Both the position numbers and the translations under genes were made by a program. The notes below the pieces were generated by a model. The model had not been told where the DNA came from and searched no databases. It saw nothing but the letters and a program-made list of their open reading frames with translations. Positions 27,230-39,842 of a DNA stretch of 63,427 nucleotides are shown here, piece by piece (positions within the stretch are counted from its first letter, which is position 1; each line of letters begins with the position of its first letter). Source of the stretch: Octopus bimaculoides (lineage: Eukaryota); assembly GCF_001194135.2 (NCBI RefSeq), contig NC_068984.1, positions 111,273,665 through 111,337,091 on the forward strand, in the 5' to 3' direction.

Positions 27230-27775
27230 AATATATATAGTAGGAATTTCACAACTACAGCAAAACACTTCTAAACCCTAGTACATGCGTATTTCCTTTG
27301 TAAGCCACAAATACAAAAAAATCTTCTGCAGAAGCTCTCTTTAAGTTAGCTAGACCTGTTTAAAGAATATAATATTGCAGATGCTTAATTATAGTAAAGA
27401 AATTGAAGAAAAATAAACATAAAAAACGTAAGAATGTAATTGTAAATACGCAATCAACTGTCACCTAAAAAATAAATGACTTCAATAGAAACTGGCGTAT
27501 AGTGTTGATATTTCAGATACTGATCAACTGAAGATGATTTACATCAACAACGCTGAAAATAGACTGAAGACTCAAAATGCACAGCCCGTTTTCTCATTTA
27601 GTCAAAAGAAATATCACTACTCTACATTGCTATCAAAGTTTATTTGGAATCTAAAGAACCATGGAGTAAACTTCTTCAATAGCTAGTATCTTTTCAAAGT
27701 CATTTACATCAAGGATGAAGTAGCAATTACAATCTGTGTTCAATAGAAAAGATCAACATGCTGTGTCAACCAGTA
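27230..27775 (+). mobile_element. Second PLE lineage: GIY-YIG region relic
   Basis: ECNCKYAINCHLKNK*...LAYSVDI...IYINNAENRLKTQ...FSQKKYHYSTLLSKFIWNLK...YNLCSIEK. Confidence 0.65.
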
Positions 27776-28714
27776 AATATTCTAAATAACCTTCCCTCTT
27801 ATCACTCACAACATCATTCAGACCCAACATTTCAGACACATCCCTATCTCAGAAGCATTTCAACTGCATCTCAGCTATCATGTGTGGAAACCCTCTCAGT
27901 ACTTAATTAAGCTTCCCTCAAACCTTCCACACTAGCATACCTGCCAGGCTCCCCCAGTAACTCCAACAATTTCGAAACATTTAGGAAAGAATGATGTATC
28001 AATATCTCCCTTCTCTAACTTCTTCTTATAACTTACCATAAGCCTTTATGCTTTCCTGCTTTCCATCTCCGATCTTCAATCAACTACATCTCCATGATTT
28101 TTCTTCATAATTCTACATGTATTTTCAAATTCCTGGCACCTCTACATGGAAATAACTGTTTCTAATTTAGGCACAAAGCCAGCAATTTTGAGGGGAGGGC
28201 CATAGTCAGTTCCATTGACTGCTCACTCTCCCAGTACTCAGATATTTTACTTTATCAACCCCAAAGGAATGAGGGACAAGTTTGAAAAATTGCAGGATTT
28301 GAACTTAGAACCTAGCAATAAAAAAAGAAATACATTTTTATCGTTACAATGATTCTGATTGCTTGTCTGCAATAAAACATACAACAGCTAAAGACCAATC
28401 ATTAATAATTGTGTTGAACCCATTACCTACCAGTGACCTCATATGAGATCACTTAAAAATTACAAATTTCGTAATTATCTGTCAATATTTATACATATCT
28501 AACCTTTTTGCTATATCTACTAGGTATATTTCTCTGATATTCAAATGAGGTTTGCTAATTTTTCATCCAATATCTCGCTTATTTCTATTTAAAATGTTAT
28601 TTTGAAATGTCATTTTGATCATTCCAGCGTGTTTCTAAGGCTGTTTTATGCTAGAAATCAAAGTTTCATAAAAAAAAATTCCAGTTAATAGAATTATGGG
28701 AGGTAATGGGTTAA

Positions 28715-29550
28715 TAAGGCAGTGAGCTGGCAGATTCATTAGCATGTCGGGCAAAATGCTTGGTGGCATTTCATTCACTTTTACATTCTGAGTTCAAATT
28801 CCACTGAGGTTGAGTTTGCCTTTCATCCTTTCAGGGTTGATAAAACAAGTACTTGTTGAGTACTGTGGTGTTATAACTGACTAACCCACTTCCCTGGAAC
28901 TTTTGGTCTTGTGCCAGATATTGAAATTAATATATCAAGATTACAATAAACCTGGCCTGTTTTTATTTGTATGTGTTGTAGTGAGTTCAAACTCTGCTGA
29001 GGTCCGGCTTTGCGTTTTGTCCTTACAGGGTCAATAAAATAAATACTAGTCAAGTACTGGAGTGATGTAATCAACTTAGCCTCTTCCCTGAAACTGTTGG
29101 CCTTGTGCCAAAATTTGAAGCCAGTATATCAAAGTTGTAATAACCTTGGCTTGTTTTCAATTGCATATGTAGTTGTGAGTTCAAATTTCTACTGAGGTCG
29201 GATTTGCCTTTCATCCTTTCGGGGTCAATAAAATAGGTATCAGTTGAACACTGGTGTCAATGTAATTGATTTATCCCCTCCCCCGAAATTCCTAACCTTG
29301 TGCTGAAATTTTAAATCAATATTTATGCTTCCAATGTGGTGAGTTAGCAGAATCATAAGGGCATTACAAAAAGGGCTTTGAGTATTTGTTCTAACGCTAT
29401 ATGTTCTGAGTTCAAATCCTGCCAAGGTCAACTTTGACTTTCATCTTTTCAAAGTTGATGAAATAAAGTACCAGTCAATTACTGGGGGGTTCGATGTAAT
29501 CAATTAACCCCTCCCCTCTCAAAATTGCTGGCTTTTAACCTAAATTACAA
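28715..29550 (+). repeat. Tandem array of four family B-like SINE units (periods 193, 194, 231 bp)
   Basis: gagttcaaa at 28790, 28983, 29177 and 29408; shared non-SINE spacer before units 2 and 3. Confidence 0.8.
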
Positions 29551-29599
29551 GTCGTTATTGCTTGTGTCTTTGTGTTCTCCATTGCAAAAGAAATAACTA

Positions 29600-30660
29600 A
29601 TAATAAATGCCAAGAAAGAAGACAAAAGAGAAGGAAAAAAATCAAGAACAAGAAGAAGGAAGAAAGATGATGATGATGATGATGATAAAGGAGAAGGAAC
29701 AAAATGATGAAGAAAAGGAAGAATTAGAGTTTATAAGGATAGTAGATGGGAAGAAGGATGCACAAGGTGAAAACAGGTAAACATGAAGTAAAGGAAAAAT
29801 TAGGATGACGACGATGATGATGATGAAGAAGATTAAGAAAGACCAAAATGAATAAAGGAGACAGGAAGGAAATGAAGAAGCTGTTAGTGAAGAGAAGTGT
29901 TGAAGGAGAAGATGAATAAGGCGAAACCAAGAAAGAAGAAGAAATGAGAGAATTAAGATGATTTTTATGATAAAGAAGATGAATTAGAAGAAAGAGGAGG
30001 AATAGAAGAAGAAGAACGAGGAGAAGAATGAGAAAAAAGAAAATGAAGGAGAAGAAGAAGAAGGGGAGAAGAAGAAGAAGAAGAAAACAGAAAATGAAGA
30101 AGGAGGAGGAAGAAGGAGGAGAGGAAGAAGAAAACAGAAAATGAAGGAGGAAGAAGAAAAATGAGAAAAAAGAAAATGAAGGAGGAGGAGGAAGAGGAGA
30201 GCGAGAAGAAGAAGAAAAAGAAAACAGAAAATGAAAGAGGAGGAGGAAGAAGAAGAAAACAGAAAATGAAGGAGGAGGAGGAAGAAGAAGGAAAAGAAGA
30301 CCAGTGGTGCTGGTGGTAGGCAGGAAGAATTGAAAGAAGAGAAACGGAGAGGGTAACGATAAACAGAATTTAAGAAGGACAATAAAAAAAAAACATGCAA
30401 AAAAAGCTAGGGTGAGGGAAGGAAGGAAAAGTAGAAAGAAAGTAAATGAAGATGAAAAGAAAGAAAGAATGTGAATAAACATGACAGAGAAGAATAAATA
30501 AATAAAAAAAAGGCCTAAGAAGAAACAGTAAAAAACGAACAAACAAACAAAGCAACTAAGAATAATTAAAAGAAACAAAACAATAAACTAGTAAAAAATA
30601 TTAAAAAAAACTTAGCAAGAAAGAGAACGGCAAGAAAGTAAATGAGGAATAATTCTTCTG
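29600..30660. repeat. Purine-rich (GAA/GGA) tract with a ~30-bp minisatellite
   Basis: Recurrent aaacagaaaatgaaggaggagg units at 30030-30300. Confidence 0.9.
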
Positions 30661-30929
30661 TGACTACGGGCACTGGCACCAGCACCAGATAGATGTAAGA
30701 GTTAGGGGTGCAGTGGGAGGGTATATGCCATTTGTTATAACTTGGCTATTCCATCTTGTTCATCTATGCTAATGACATTCTCAAGGTGAGTAGATGATGA
30801 GTACGTATGTGTGTATGTGGTGTGTGTGTGTGCCCATACATATAGACATATATATATATGTACATATTTATGTGTGCATGAATGTCTATGTGTATGTATA
30901 TATATATATCAGTATGTGTGTACGAACAT

Positions 30930-30966
<37 letters not shown>

Positions 30967-31544
30967 TATATATATATATATACGTGTGTGTGTGTTTGTG
31001 TATGCATGTACATATATATATGTATATGTATATTTATATACATATCAAGAGGTGAGTATGAATAGGAAGAGTGACAGAGAGAGAGAGAGAAACAGACTGA
31101 CAGATAGATATACATACATAATTATACATATATGCATACACATGCGCACATCCACAACCACACACATACACACACACACACATACACATAGGTACAAGCT
31201 TGGTTGTATGGTTAAATAGTTTGCTACACAACAACACGGTCTCAGGTTCAGTCCCATTGCGTAGCACCTTGACCAAATATCTTTTAGCATTGCTCCAGAC
31301 CAAGTCCTTATGATTGGATCTGGTAGACAGAAACTGAAAGAAGCCTGTAGGTCTTATCCAATCTATATCACTCCACCATATATTTTTCTTGTTTTTAGTA
31401 CCTTTCCCTTGCTTTAAACATAATGCCATCTAAGACTTCCTCAACAGGTCTCATCTAATCCATGTCTCTCTCCCATTTCATTTCACTTGTAAAATTTTGT
31501 ATTTTTTCTTTCATTCTTGTCTACAGTTTTATTCATTTCATTTG

Positions 31545-32335
31545 CTCATTTACCTGTTTCGGTCATTTGACTGTGGCCATGCTGGAGCACTGCCTTTCAT
31601 TGAAAAAATCAACCCCAGGACTTATTCATTGTAAGCCTAGTATTTATTCCATCAGTCACTTTTGCCGAACTGCTAATTTACAGGGATGTAAACACACCAA
31701 CATCGGCTGTCAAGCGATGATGGAGGAACAAGCACAGACACATGCACAAATACACACACACACACATGCACACACTTATATAGGAGCACTCCATCGGTTA
31801 CGACGACGAGGGTCCCAGCTGCTACGATCACCGGAATAGTTTGCTCGTGAAATTAACATGCAAGTGGCAGAGCATTCCATAAACATGTGTACCCTTAGCG
31901 TAGTTCTCAGGGAGATTCAGCGTGACACAGAATGTGACAAGACTGGCCCTTTGAAATACAGATACTACTCATTTTTGCCAGCTGAGTGGACTGGAGCAAT
32001 GTGAAATAAAGTGTCTTGCTCAAGGACACAACGCGTCACCAGGAATTGAACTCAAAATCTTACAATTGTGAGCCAAATGCCCCAACCACTAGGCCACACG
32101 CTTTCACATATATAAGAATTTATGACGGGCTTCTTTCAGTTTCCGTCTACTAAATCCACTCACAAGGCTTTGGTCAGCCTGAGGCTGTAGTAGAAGACAC
32201 TTGCCCAAGGTGTCACACAGTGGNNNNNNNNNNTCAGCCTGAGGCTGTAGTAGAAGACACTTGCCCAAGGTGTCACACAGTGGAACTGAACCCAGAACCA
32301 TGTGGCTGGGAAGCAAGCTTCTTACCACACAGCTA
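31545..32335 (-). mobile_element. Family C SINE with a family D SINE (31782-32100) nested in its microsatellite
   Basis: Order on the + strand: C tail, D body, D tRNA head, C head. Confidence 0.85.
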
Positions 32336-32649
32336 TTCTATTTATATTTATAATTATTTACTCTTATTTGTTATGAATATTTAATATAAGGACAATTGTA
32401 GCATTACCTCATTCCTTAACTGAAGTGGGCAAATAGCAAGACGGTTTCCCAAACCCAAGATTCTTAGTGAGACACCAGTTTATGTACAAATGTACCTAAA
32501 GTGACCCAGACCACAAAACTGATACAACACAATATGATGTACAGTATTGCACCCGTAAGGGACAGTCACAGGATGGGTCAAAACGATTGTTGTACACAAC
32601 AAAGATTAATACTAAATCTGTCTTCTGTTTCCTTAATCAATTATTATGT

Positions 32650-34174
32650 CAAGGCCCGAATTAAGACCCATTGAGGCCCTAAGCACTTAAAATATTTTGG
32701 TGCCCCCAGAAAAGATTATGTAATTCAAAATATAAGCAATACCAAACCATAAAACAAATTTTTATTTTTCGCCAGGGGTGTAGCCAGCCCACTTATGCGT
32801 ACCTTTCCTTCTTTGGACACTAAACTCCGCTTGCGAAGACCTGTTGAGGCAAGTGAAATCGAAATCGAGTTAAATTCGACGACTGGCACCCATGCCAACG
32901 TTTTCTCCTTCATTGGAAATGAAACTCAGCTTGCGAAGACTTATCGGGGCAAGCGAAAGCGAAATCGGGATGGCACCTGAGCCCAGTGTCGCCTTTCTGG
33001 CACTTGTGCCCACAACATGTGTAAGGACTTTCGAGCGAGATCATTGCCAGTGCCTCTGGACTGGCTCTTGTGTGGGTGGCACATAAAATACACCATTTTG
33101 AGCGTGGCTGTTGCTAGTATCGCCTGACTGGCTTTCGTGCGGGTGACACATAAAAGCACCTACTACACGTTAGAAAGGGCATCCAGCTGTAGAAACTCTG
33201 CCAAATCAGATTGGAGCCTGGTGTAGCTTTTGGGTTCCACCAGTCCTCAGTCAAATCGTCCAACCCATGCTAGCATGGAAAGCAGACGTTAAATGATGAT
33301 GATGATGATGTGTTCTGAGGACGACATTCCAGGGGAGTAAATGGTGTAAAGTGGTGTAATCTTCTCATCAGGGAGGGAGGGAGAGTTTTGCTGCCCTGGT
33401 GGCTGTTTATTGAATTTTCCGTGTTGGCTGTGGGCGGGAGAAGGTTCACTCATCCATTTTTATATATATATATATATATATATGTATATGTATATATATG
33501 TGTATATAATTATGTATTATGTGTGAATTGTATAAATTATGTTATATACATATATATGTTGGCGTAGCATTGGAAGGGGCATCCAACTGTGGAAACTGTA
33601 ACAGGGGTGAAGCACTGGAACCTGTTGTGTGCTGTCGGGCCATCCAGGTCGTGCCGGTGTGAAGGGTGAGTGTGGAATGGTGATGATGCACAGGCGCACA
33701 CACACACCTATGTTCAGGGATCTTTTGTTCACACAGAACAGCTTTTGTCCGGCACGTTGCCATGTTGTTTACTGCTTCTCTCATGAAGCATGTTGATTTG
33801 TGCTGGGTTGTGTTAGAGATAATGAATGGAGGATACTTGTCGATTTGTTCTGTTCTGTTCTGAGTTAAAAATGAAACAAAACAGTAAGAGGGAAAATAAT
33901 GTTTATTTTTGTATACTTCCACTTTATTTATATTTGAAAAGTTTCCTCCTACATTTTTGAATTACAAAGTCTTTGATCAGATCCTCAAAATTAATCTTAG
34001 GTAACACATCTGCATCTATACTTAGTAACAATAAAGGTATCCCAAATATTCTTTAAGCAAGTTTAGAGTGATTTCTTTTGTGCCGTGAACCATTTACCAT
34101 TTCTGTGGTGCCCCCTCCTCCCCTTGATGCCCTAAGCACGTGCTTATTTTTGCTTAATGATTAATCCGCTGCTG
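32650..34174 (-). mobile_element. Non-autonomous hAT-like element with a transposase C-terminal relic and nested insertions
   Basis: Ends caaggcccgaattaag / ttaatccgctgctg (CAGGGCCGGATTAA-type TIR); LLSIDADVLPKINFEDLIKDFVIQKCRRKLFKYK* at 34028-33924. Confidence 0.6.
32772..33309 (+). mobile_element. Longest family A copy in the window
   Basis: 5' part has a duplicated gcttgcgaagac...gcaag(t/c)gaaa motif; standard family A tail. Confidence 0.85.
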
Positions 34175-34673
34175 ATTATCTCAACTAACACTAAGGAATT
34201 CTTGAAGTTGATCCAATGGAAATATAATCCAACTGCAGACACCAGGTAGCGCTTTACTCAATACATCAACACACTAACTGACATATACCCCTTATTCCCC
34301 AAAATAACACACACACACTCACACACATACATACATAAACACATATGCATGTATGTATGTACGTGTGTATGTGTGTGTGTGTGTGTGTGTGTTTCCTTGC
34401 CATGAAATAAAGTGAGGGTAAATAATTGAGTGTCAGTTTCATACAAGTGGTATCTTTCACTTTTAGTCTTTCTTGAAAACATGTCCAGCTAAGGGGAAAT
34501 ATTAACCTACTTGAAAAACAACAAAAAAAAACTAAAAAGAAAACAGGAGAGTTTTGGTCACAGGAAGTGCAAAGAAAATCTGCCTCGACAAATTCTATCT
34601 GGCACGTACAAGCATGGAAATGATGCTGATGATGATGAGGAGGAGGTGGAGGATGATAAGGATGATGATGATG

Positions 34674-34733
<60 letters not shown>

Positions 34734-34839
34734 GTATACAGTGGGCTGATATCTTAATGTAGCCTTAAAAAGGGGAAATTTTCACAGTTCTCAGTATATC
34801 ATTTCCTATGCACCTGCAGGGCTAAGTGCACTTAATAAT

Positions 34840-34846
34840 TACCTAT

Positions 34847-34896
<50 letters not shown>

Positions 34897-35125
34897 GTTT
34901 GTCTGTCTGTTTGTCTGTCTATCTATCTATCTGCCTGTCTGTCTGTCTGTCTCTCACTCTCTGTATGTCTGTCTGTCTGTCTCACTGTCTCACTGTTTGT
35001 CTCTCTCTGTCTCTGTCTGTCTCTCCATTTCTGTCTCTGTCTGTCTCTCCATTTCTGTCTCTGTCACTCTCTTTCTGTATCTATCTATCTACCTACCTAC
35101 CTACCTACCTATCTATCTATCTATG

Positions 35126-35186
<61 letters not shown>

Positions 35187-35240
35187 GTGTCTGTCACTCC
35201 CTCTATCTCTGTTTATCTATCTATCTACTTACTTATACTA
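34840..35240. repeat. (TATC)n/(TGTC)n/(TACC)n compound microsatellite
   Basis: Direct inspection. Confidence 0.9.
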
Positions 35241-35861
35241 TACAAAATCAGTGAAAAATACAGAGATATCACATTAATTCTTTTTTCTTCATTTCCGTTT
35301 ATTTCAATTCTGATTTTTCATCAACAGGTTTAACAAATTAGTGAATAATATATTCTCTTTCATTTTTATCAAATTGACCAGCATTCCTCTTGCATCCTTG
35401 GCAATTTTTTCCTATGATGCCTCTGTTAATTTTGTGGTTCTTCCGTGCCCTTAGATGTATTTTTATTTTTATTTTTAGTGAAGCAGGTGCTTATGTAGTA
35501 CCCTAGTATATATATATATATATATATATNNNNNNNNNNNNNNNNNNNNNNNNNNNNNNNNNNNNNNNNNNNNNNNNNNNNNNNNNNNNNNNNNNNNNNN
35601 NNNNNNNNNNNNNNNNNNNNNNNNNNNNNNNNNNNNNNNNNNNNNNNNNNNNNNNNNNNNNNNNNNNNNNNNNNNNNNNNNNNNNNNNNNNNNNNNNNNN
35701 NNNNNNNNNNNNNNNNNNNNNNNNNNNNNNNNNNNNNNNNNNNNNNNNNNNNNNNNNNNNNNNNNNNNNNNNNNNNNNNNNNNNNNNNNNNNNNNNNNNN
35801 NNNNNNNNNNNNNNNNNNNNNNNNNNNNNNNNNNNNNNNNNNNNNNNNNNNNNNNNNNTAT

Positions 35862-35892
<31 letters not shown>

Positions 35893-36047
35893 GCTAACTA
35901 GCCAGATAGATAGATAGATAGATAGATAGATAAGTAGATAGATAGATAGGTAGATAGATAGATAGACCTATATATTCATATATATCAATATCCATATATA
36001 GGTTATATACATTTATATAGTATAACAATATGCATATATATATTAAA

Positions 36048-36078
<31 letters not shown>

Positions 36079-36898
36079 TTATGCATGACAGAAGAAAATT
36101 ACCAAATGTGTCACACAGTCACATTGAACTCACATAAACCTAATTACAATCCAGGCTTCTTAACCTGACAGCTAAGCTTGCCAACATACTTTGTATTGAA
36201 ATAAGTGAACAGCATTCAAAGTTACCACATGCATATATGTCATTAGTGTAAAATATAACCTTCTTTATATATAAATATATAGCAACACTTTCATCCTAAA
36301 ATGAACATCCAACACTCAATATATCTATCAGTATGTCGATTGGAGTGCCTCCTTATCTGTTTGTCTAAAAAATCAATCAATTAATCAACCAATCGTATAA
36401 ATACATTGAATGAGACATTAAGATGAAGGACCAGTGACCACATGATCATAAGTTCATATGTTACTTTTACAGCCATTGATGCTGTTATAGCTTTGGCTCT
36501 TGGGCAGGGCATCGCGCATAATTCTTTATGTGTCAGAGTGTGATATTGACATATAAGTTCCTTCGGGTTCCTACTTAATAGTTGAAGGGGTCATGGAAAG
36601 AAGGGGGCCAAGCAGCAAAAAGAATAGTTTGCACACATGCACGTGCATCTACACACACACACACATCCACAGACACATAGCATTGTGCATATTAATACAC
36701 ATAGTACACGTTGACAAACACACACATACATGCATACATTTCTCTGTAGTAAGAAATTTGTTTCCCAACCTCATTGTTCTGAGTTCAGTACCTCTGAGTG
36801 GCATTTTGAGCAAATTTCTTCTACTACAGCCCCAAGGGTAACCAAAGCCATGAGAGTGGATTTTGTTGATAGAAACTGACAGAAGCTTATTTTATATA

Positions 36899-37466
36899 CG
36901 AGGGTGAGTCAAAAATTAATGCCATTTTGTTTTAAGACAGGTATAATTACCAACACAGGAATATGTATCATACATTAAAATGAAGCTGGTCCTCTGTGGA
37001 TTACATCCTTACTTCTCAACATAGTCACCGTTTCTCTCAATAGCAATGTTCCACCTTTGAATGAGAGCATGTGTCCTTGCCCTGTAAACTTCTGTTGACT
37101 ATTCTTTGAGCCACTTCGTCACTACAGTTTTCGTTTCATCATCACTGGAATAATTTATCACCTTCAGACCATCATCTCTTCAGCCTCATGAAAGAGGGTT
37201 TGAGAGGCAAACATTATTCCAGTAATGAGGAAATAAAAACTGCAATGAAGAAATGGTTCAAAGAACGGTCAACAGAATTTTACAGGGCAAGGATACAGGC
37301 TCTCATTTGAAGGTAAAACATTGCTATTGAGAGAAATGGTGACTGTATTGAGAAGTAGGGATTTGACCCACAGAGGACCAGCTTAGTTTTGATGCATGAT
37401 ACATGTTCCTGTGTTGGTAATTATACCTGTCCTAAACAAAATAGCATTACTTTTTGACTCACCCTC

Positions 37467-37467
<1 letters not shown>
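36899..37467. mobile_element. Mariner-derived foldback MITE with TA TSD
   Basis: TA-CGAGGGTGAGTCAAAA...TTTTGACTCACCCTCG-TA; MKEGLRGKHYSSNEEIKTAMKKWFKERSTEFY...NIAIERNGDCIEK*. Confidence 0.9.
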
Positions 37468-37512
<45 letters not shown>

Positions 37513-37764
37513 TTTTATTCTTGTACTTGTTTCAGTCATTTCACTGTGCCCATGCTGAATTACCAGCTTTCAAGTGTTTCTATGTTTCTTAGTCACAGAA
37601 ATCGACTGCAGGACTCATTCTTTGTAAGCCTAGTACTCATTCTATCAGTCTTTTTTGCTGAACTGCTAAGTTATGGGGGACGTTAAAACACCAACATATC
37701 AATCATCAAGCAATGGTGTGGGGACAAACATAGAAACAAAGACACACACATCCATAAATAGATA

Positions 37765-37804
<40 letters not shown>

Positions 37805-39842
37805 AGCTTCTTTCAGTTTCCGCCAACCAAAATCACTCACAAGGTTTATAGTTGACTCGAAGCTATAGTAGATGACACTTGCACACTCGAACCCGGAACC
37901 ATGTGGTTGGGAAGTAAGCTTCTTACCACACAATGTTTGTCTTAATAACTGACAAGATGCCGGAGCAGATTTCTGCCCCAACATCCAAAACTCTGAGTTT
38001 TATTATGGCAACCAACTAATTGTCACATATTGTATTATAGATAAATTCCTCTATTTACATAATATCGAGGTCTTATCATTCATTCTTTTGTTGTCATATC
38101 ATTATTATTAATATATATATATATGTATATATATATATAAATACACACAGATAATAATGGTAGAAAATTTAGATAAGTTTTCATACCAGTGGCTAGCATG
38201 TGTAATAAAGTCAATAGAGAACATATTTTCATATATAATAGTGTATAAACAATTTATGGATTTATGCACGAAAGTGGTGACCTTTGACCTTTGGTTTGGG
38301 CTTTAACTGCCCTTTCTAGCATGTAAGGTGTCTTGTTAATGGTCACCTCTTCTGTGTATAAATATATAAATTGTTTATACACTATTATATATACAATTAA
38401 GACTCAGTTGAAATTAGGTAAAGTTGAAGCACCAAAATTAGTGTGGCATTATCCTTACAACTCAAAGTGAGGTGAATAAAATCGAAATAAGCAACAGGAA
38501 ATCAGAGGTGAGGCAGTTTCTCTTTTCCAGTCTACATTGTAAAGCATGTCTTAGCTATGGGAAGATATTACCATGCTTGGAAACAGGTGATGGTTAGCAA
38601 CAAGAAAGGCATAGAAAAATTTGCTTCAACAAATTCCATCTGACCCTTGCAAGCATGGAACAGAGGTTTTTAAATGATAATGATGACGATGGTGATGACA
38701 GTGATGATATGTTACCTTCACAGTATATTTATACACACACAGACATATACACATGTGTGTATGTCTATATATGCATACATAAGTGTATACATACATATAT
38801 GTATGTGTGTGGGTGTATGAGTGCATAATAAACATCAAAAGATAAATCCATGTTAATTAAGAGCTCAATTAATACAGGTAATTAAACTCTAAAGCATTAT
38901 TACATTGCAATAAATCCAAGGGGAACTGATTTGCATGTGTATACATAATCGGTTAAAATGATTTTTAAGAGCAACACACATTTATATATATGTGTGTGTG
39001 CACGCACACAAACATACATATATGTACATATTTATATATATATGCTTGTGTGTGTGTAAATATATATGTATGTATGTGTGTGTGTGTGTATGTGTGTATA
39101 GAGAGAGGTAGATATTTAGATAGCGATATTTACATAGGTATACATATATGTAGATATACATGCATGTACGTGTTTATGTGTTTATATAACAGATGTATAT
39201 CATATCCATACGTGCATACATGCACGAAAGCTAAACCACTTAATTATGTTTGTGTATACATGCATGCATAAACCAAACACACACACACAGACACATGCTT
39301 ACACAGAATCATTCACCTCCCATTTTGCACAAATATCCACTCATATCACACACACAGATATACACACACACATCCATGCATACATCTAAACATGTTTGTG
39401 TGCACACATATACATACATACATACATATGCGCATATCATTTCATATGCTTCACTGGCAATATATGTAAGGTGAGAAATGCAAGTGGAAAACTCTGGGGG
39501 AAACCAAATCCTAAAAAAAACTTGTTGAAACCAGGCAATCTGCCTGCCTCTATATAGCCACATAACTGGCTAGAAATAGCAACCAAATCTTCCGTAACTG
39601 TTTTCCTGTTCAAAGTTTGTCCTAAACAGCTATGCTTGGCTTTAAACTTTTATCTTACCCTTGTTTTATACCTTTGATTAATATTAGGCTTTTCCTTTCA
39701 TAATTTCTTAGAGACTCTGGCAGTAGCAGGAAAAAAAAAAAACGGGAAAGTGTATCGTATACAATGCATAGAGGCCAATTAAATATTTCCTATGTATCAC
39801 ATATGATATACAAAGCAAGCAAAGAGTTATATCATTTTTTTT

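Noticed and set aside
28790-29550. CRISPR-like repeat-spacer array
   Set aside because: Eukaryotic SINE units of ~190 bp; the spacers are homologous to each other and there are no cas genes.
32174-32283. Exact 50-bp tandem duplication
   Set aside because: The copies flank a 10-N gap; most likely overlapping contig ends.
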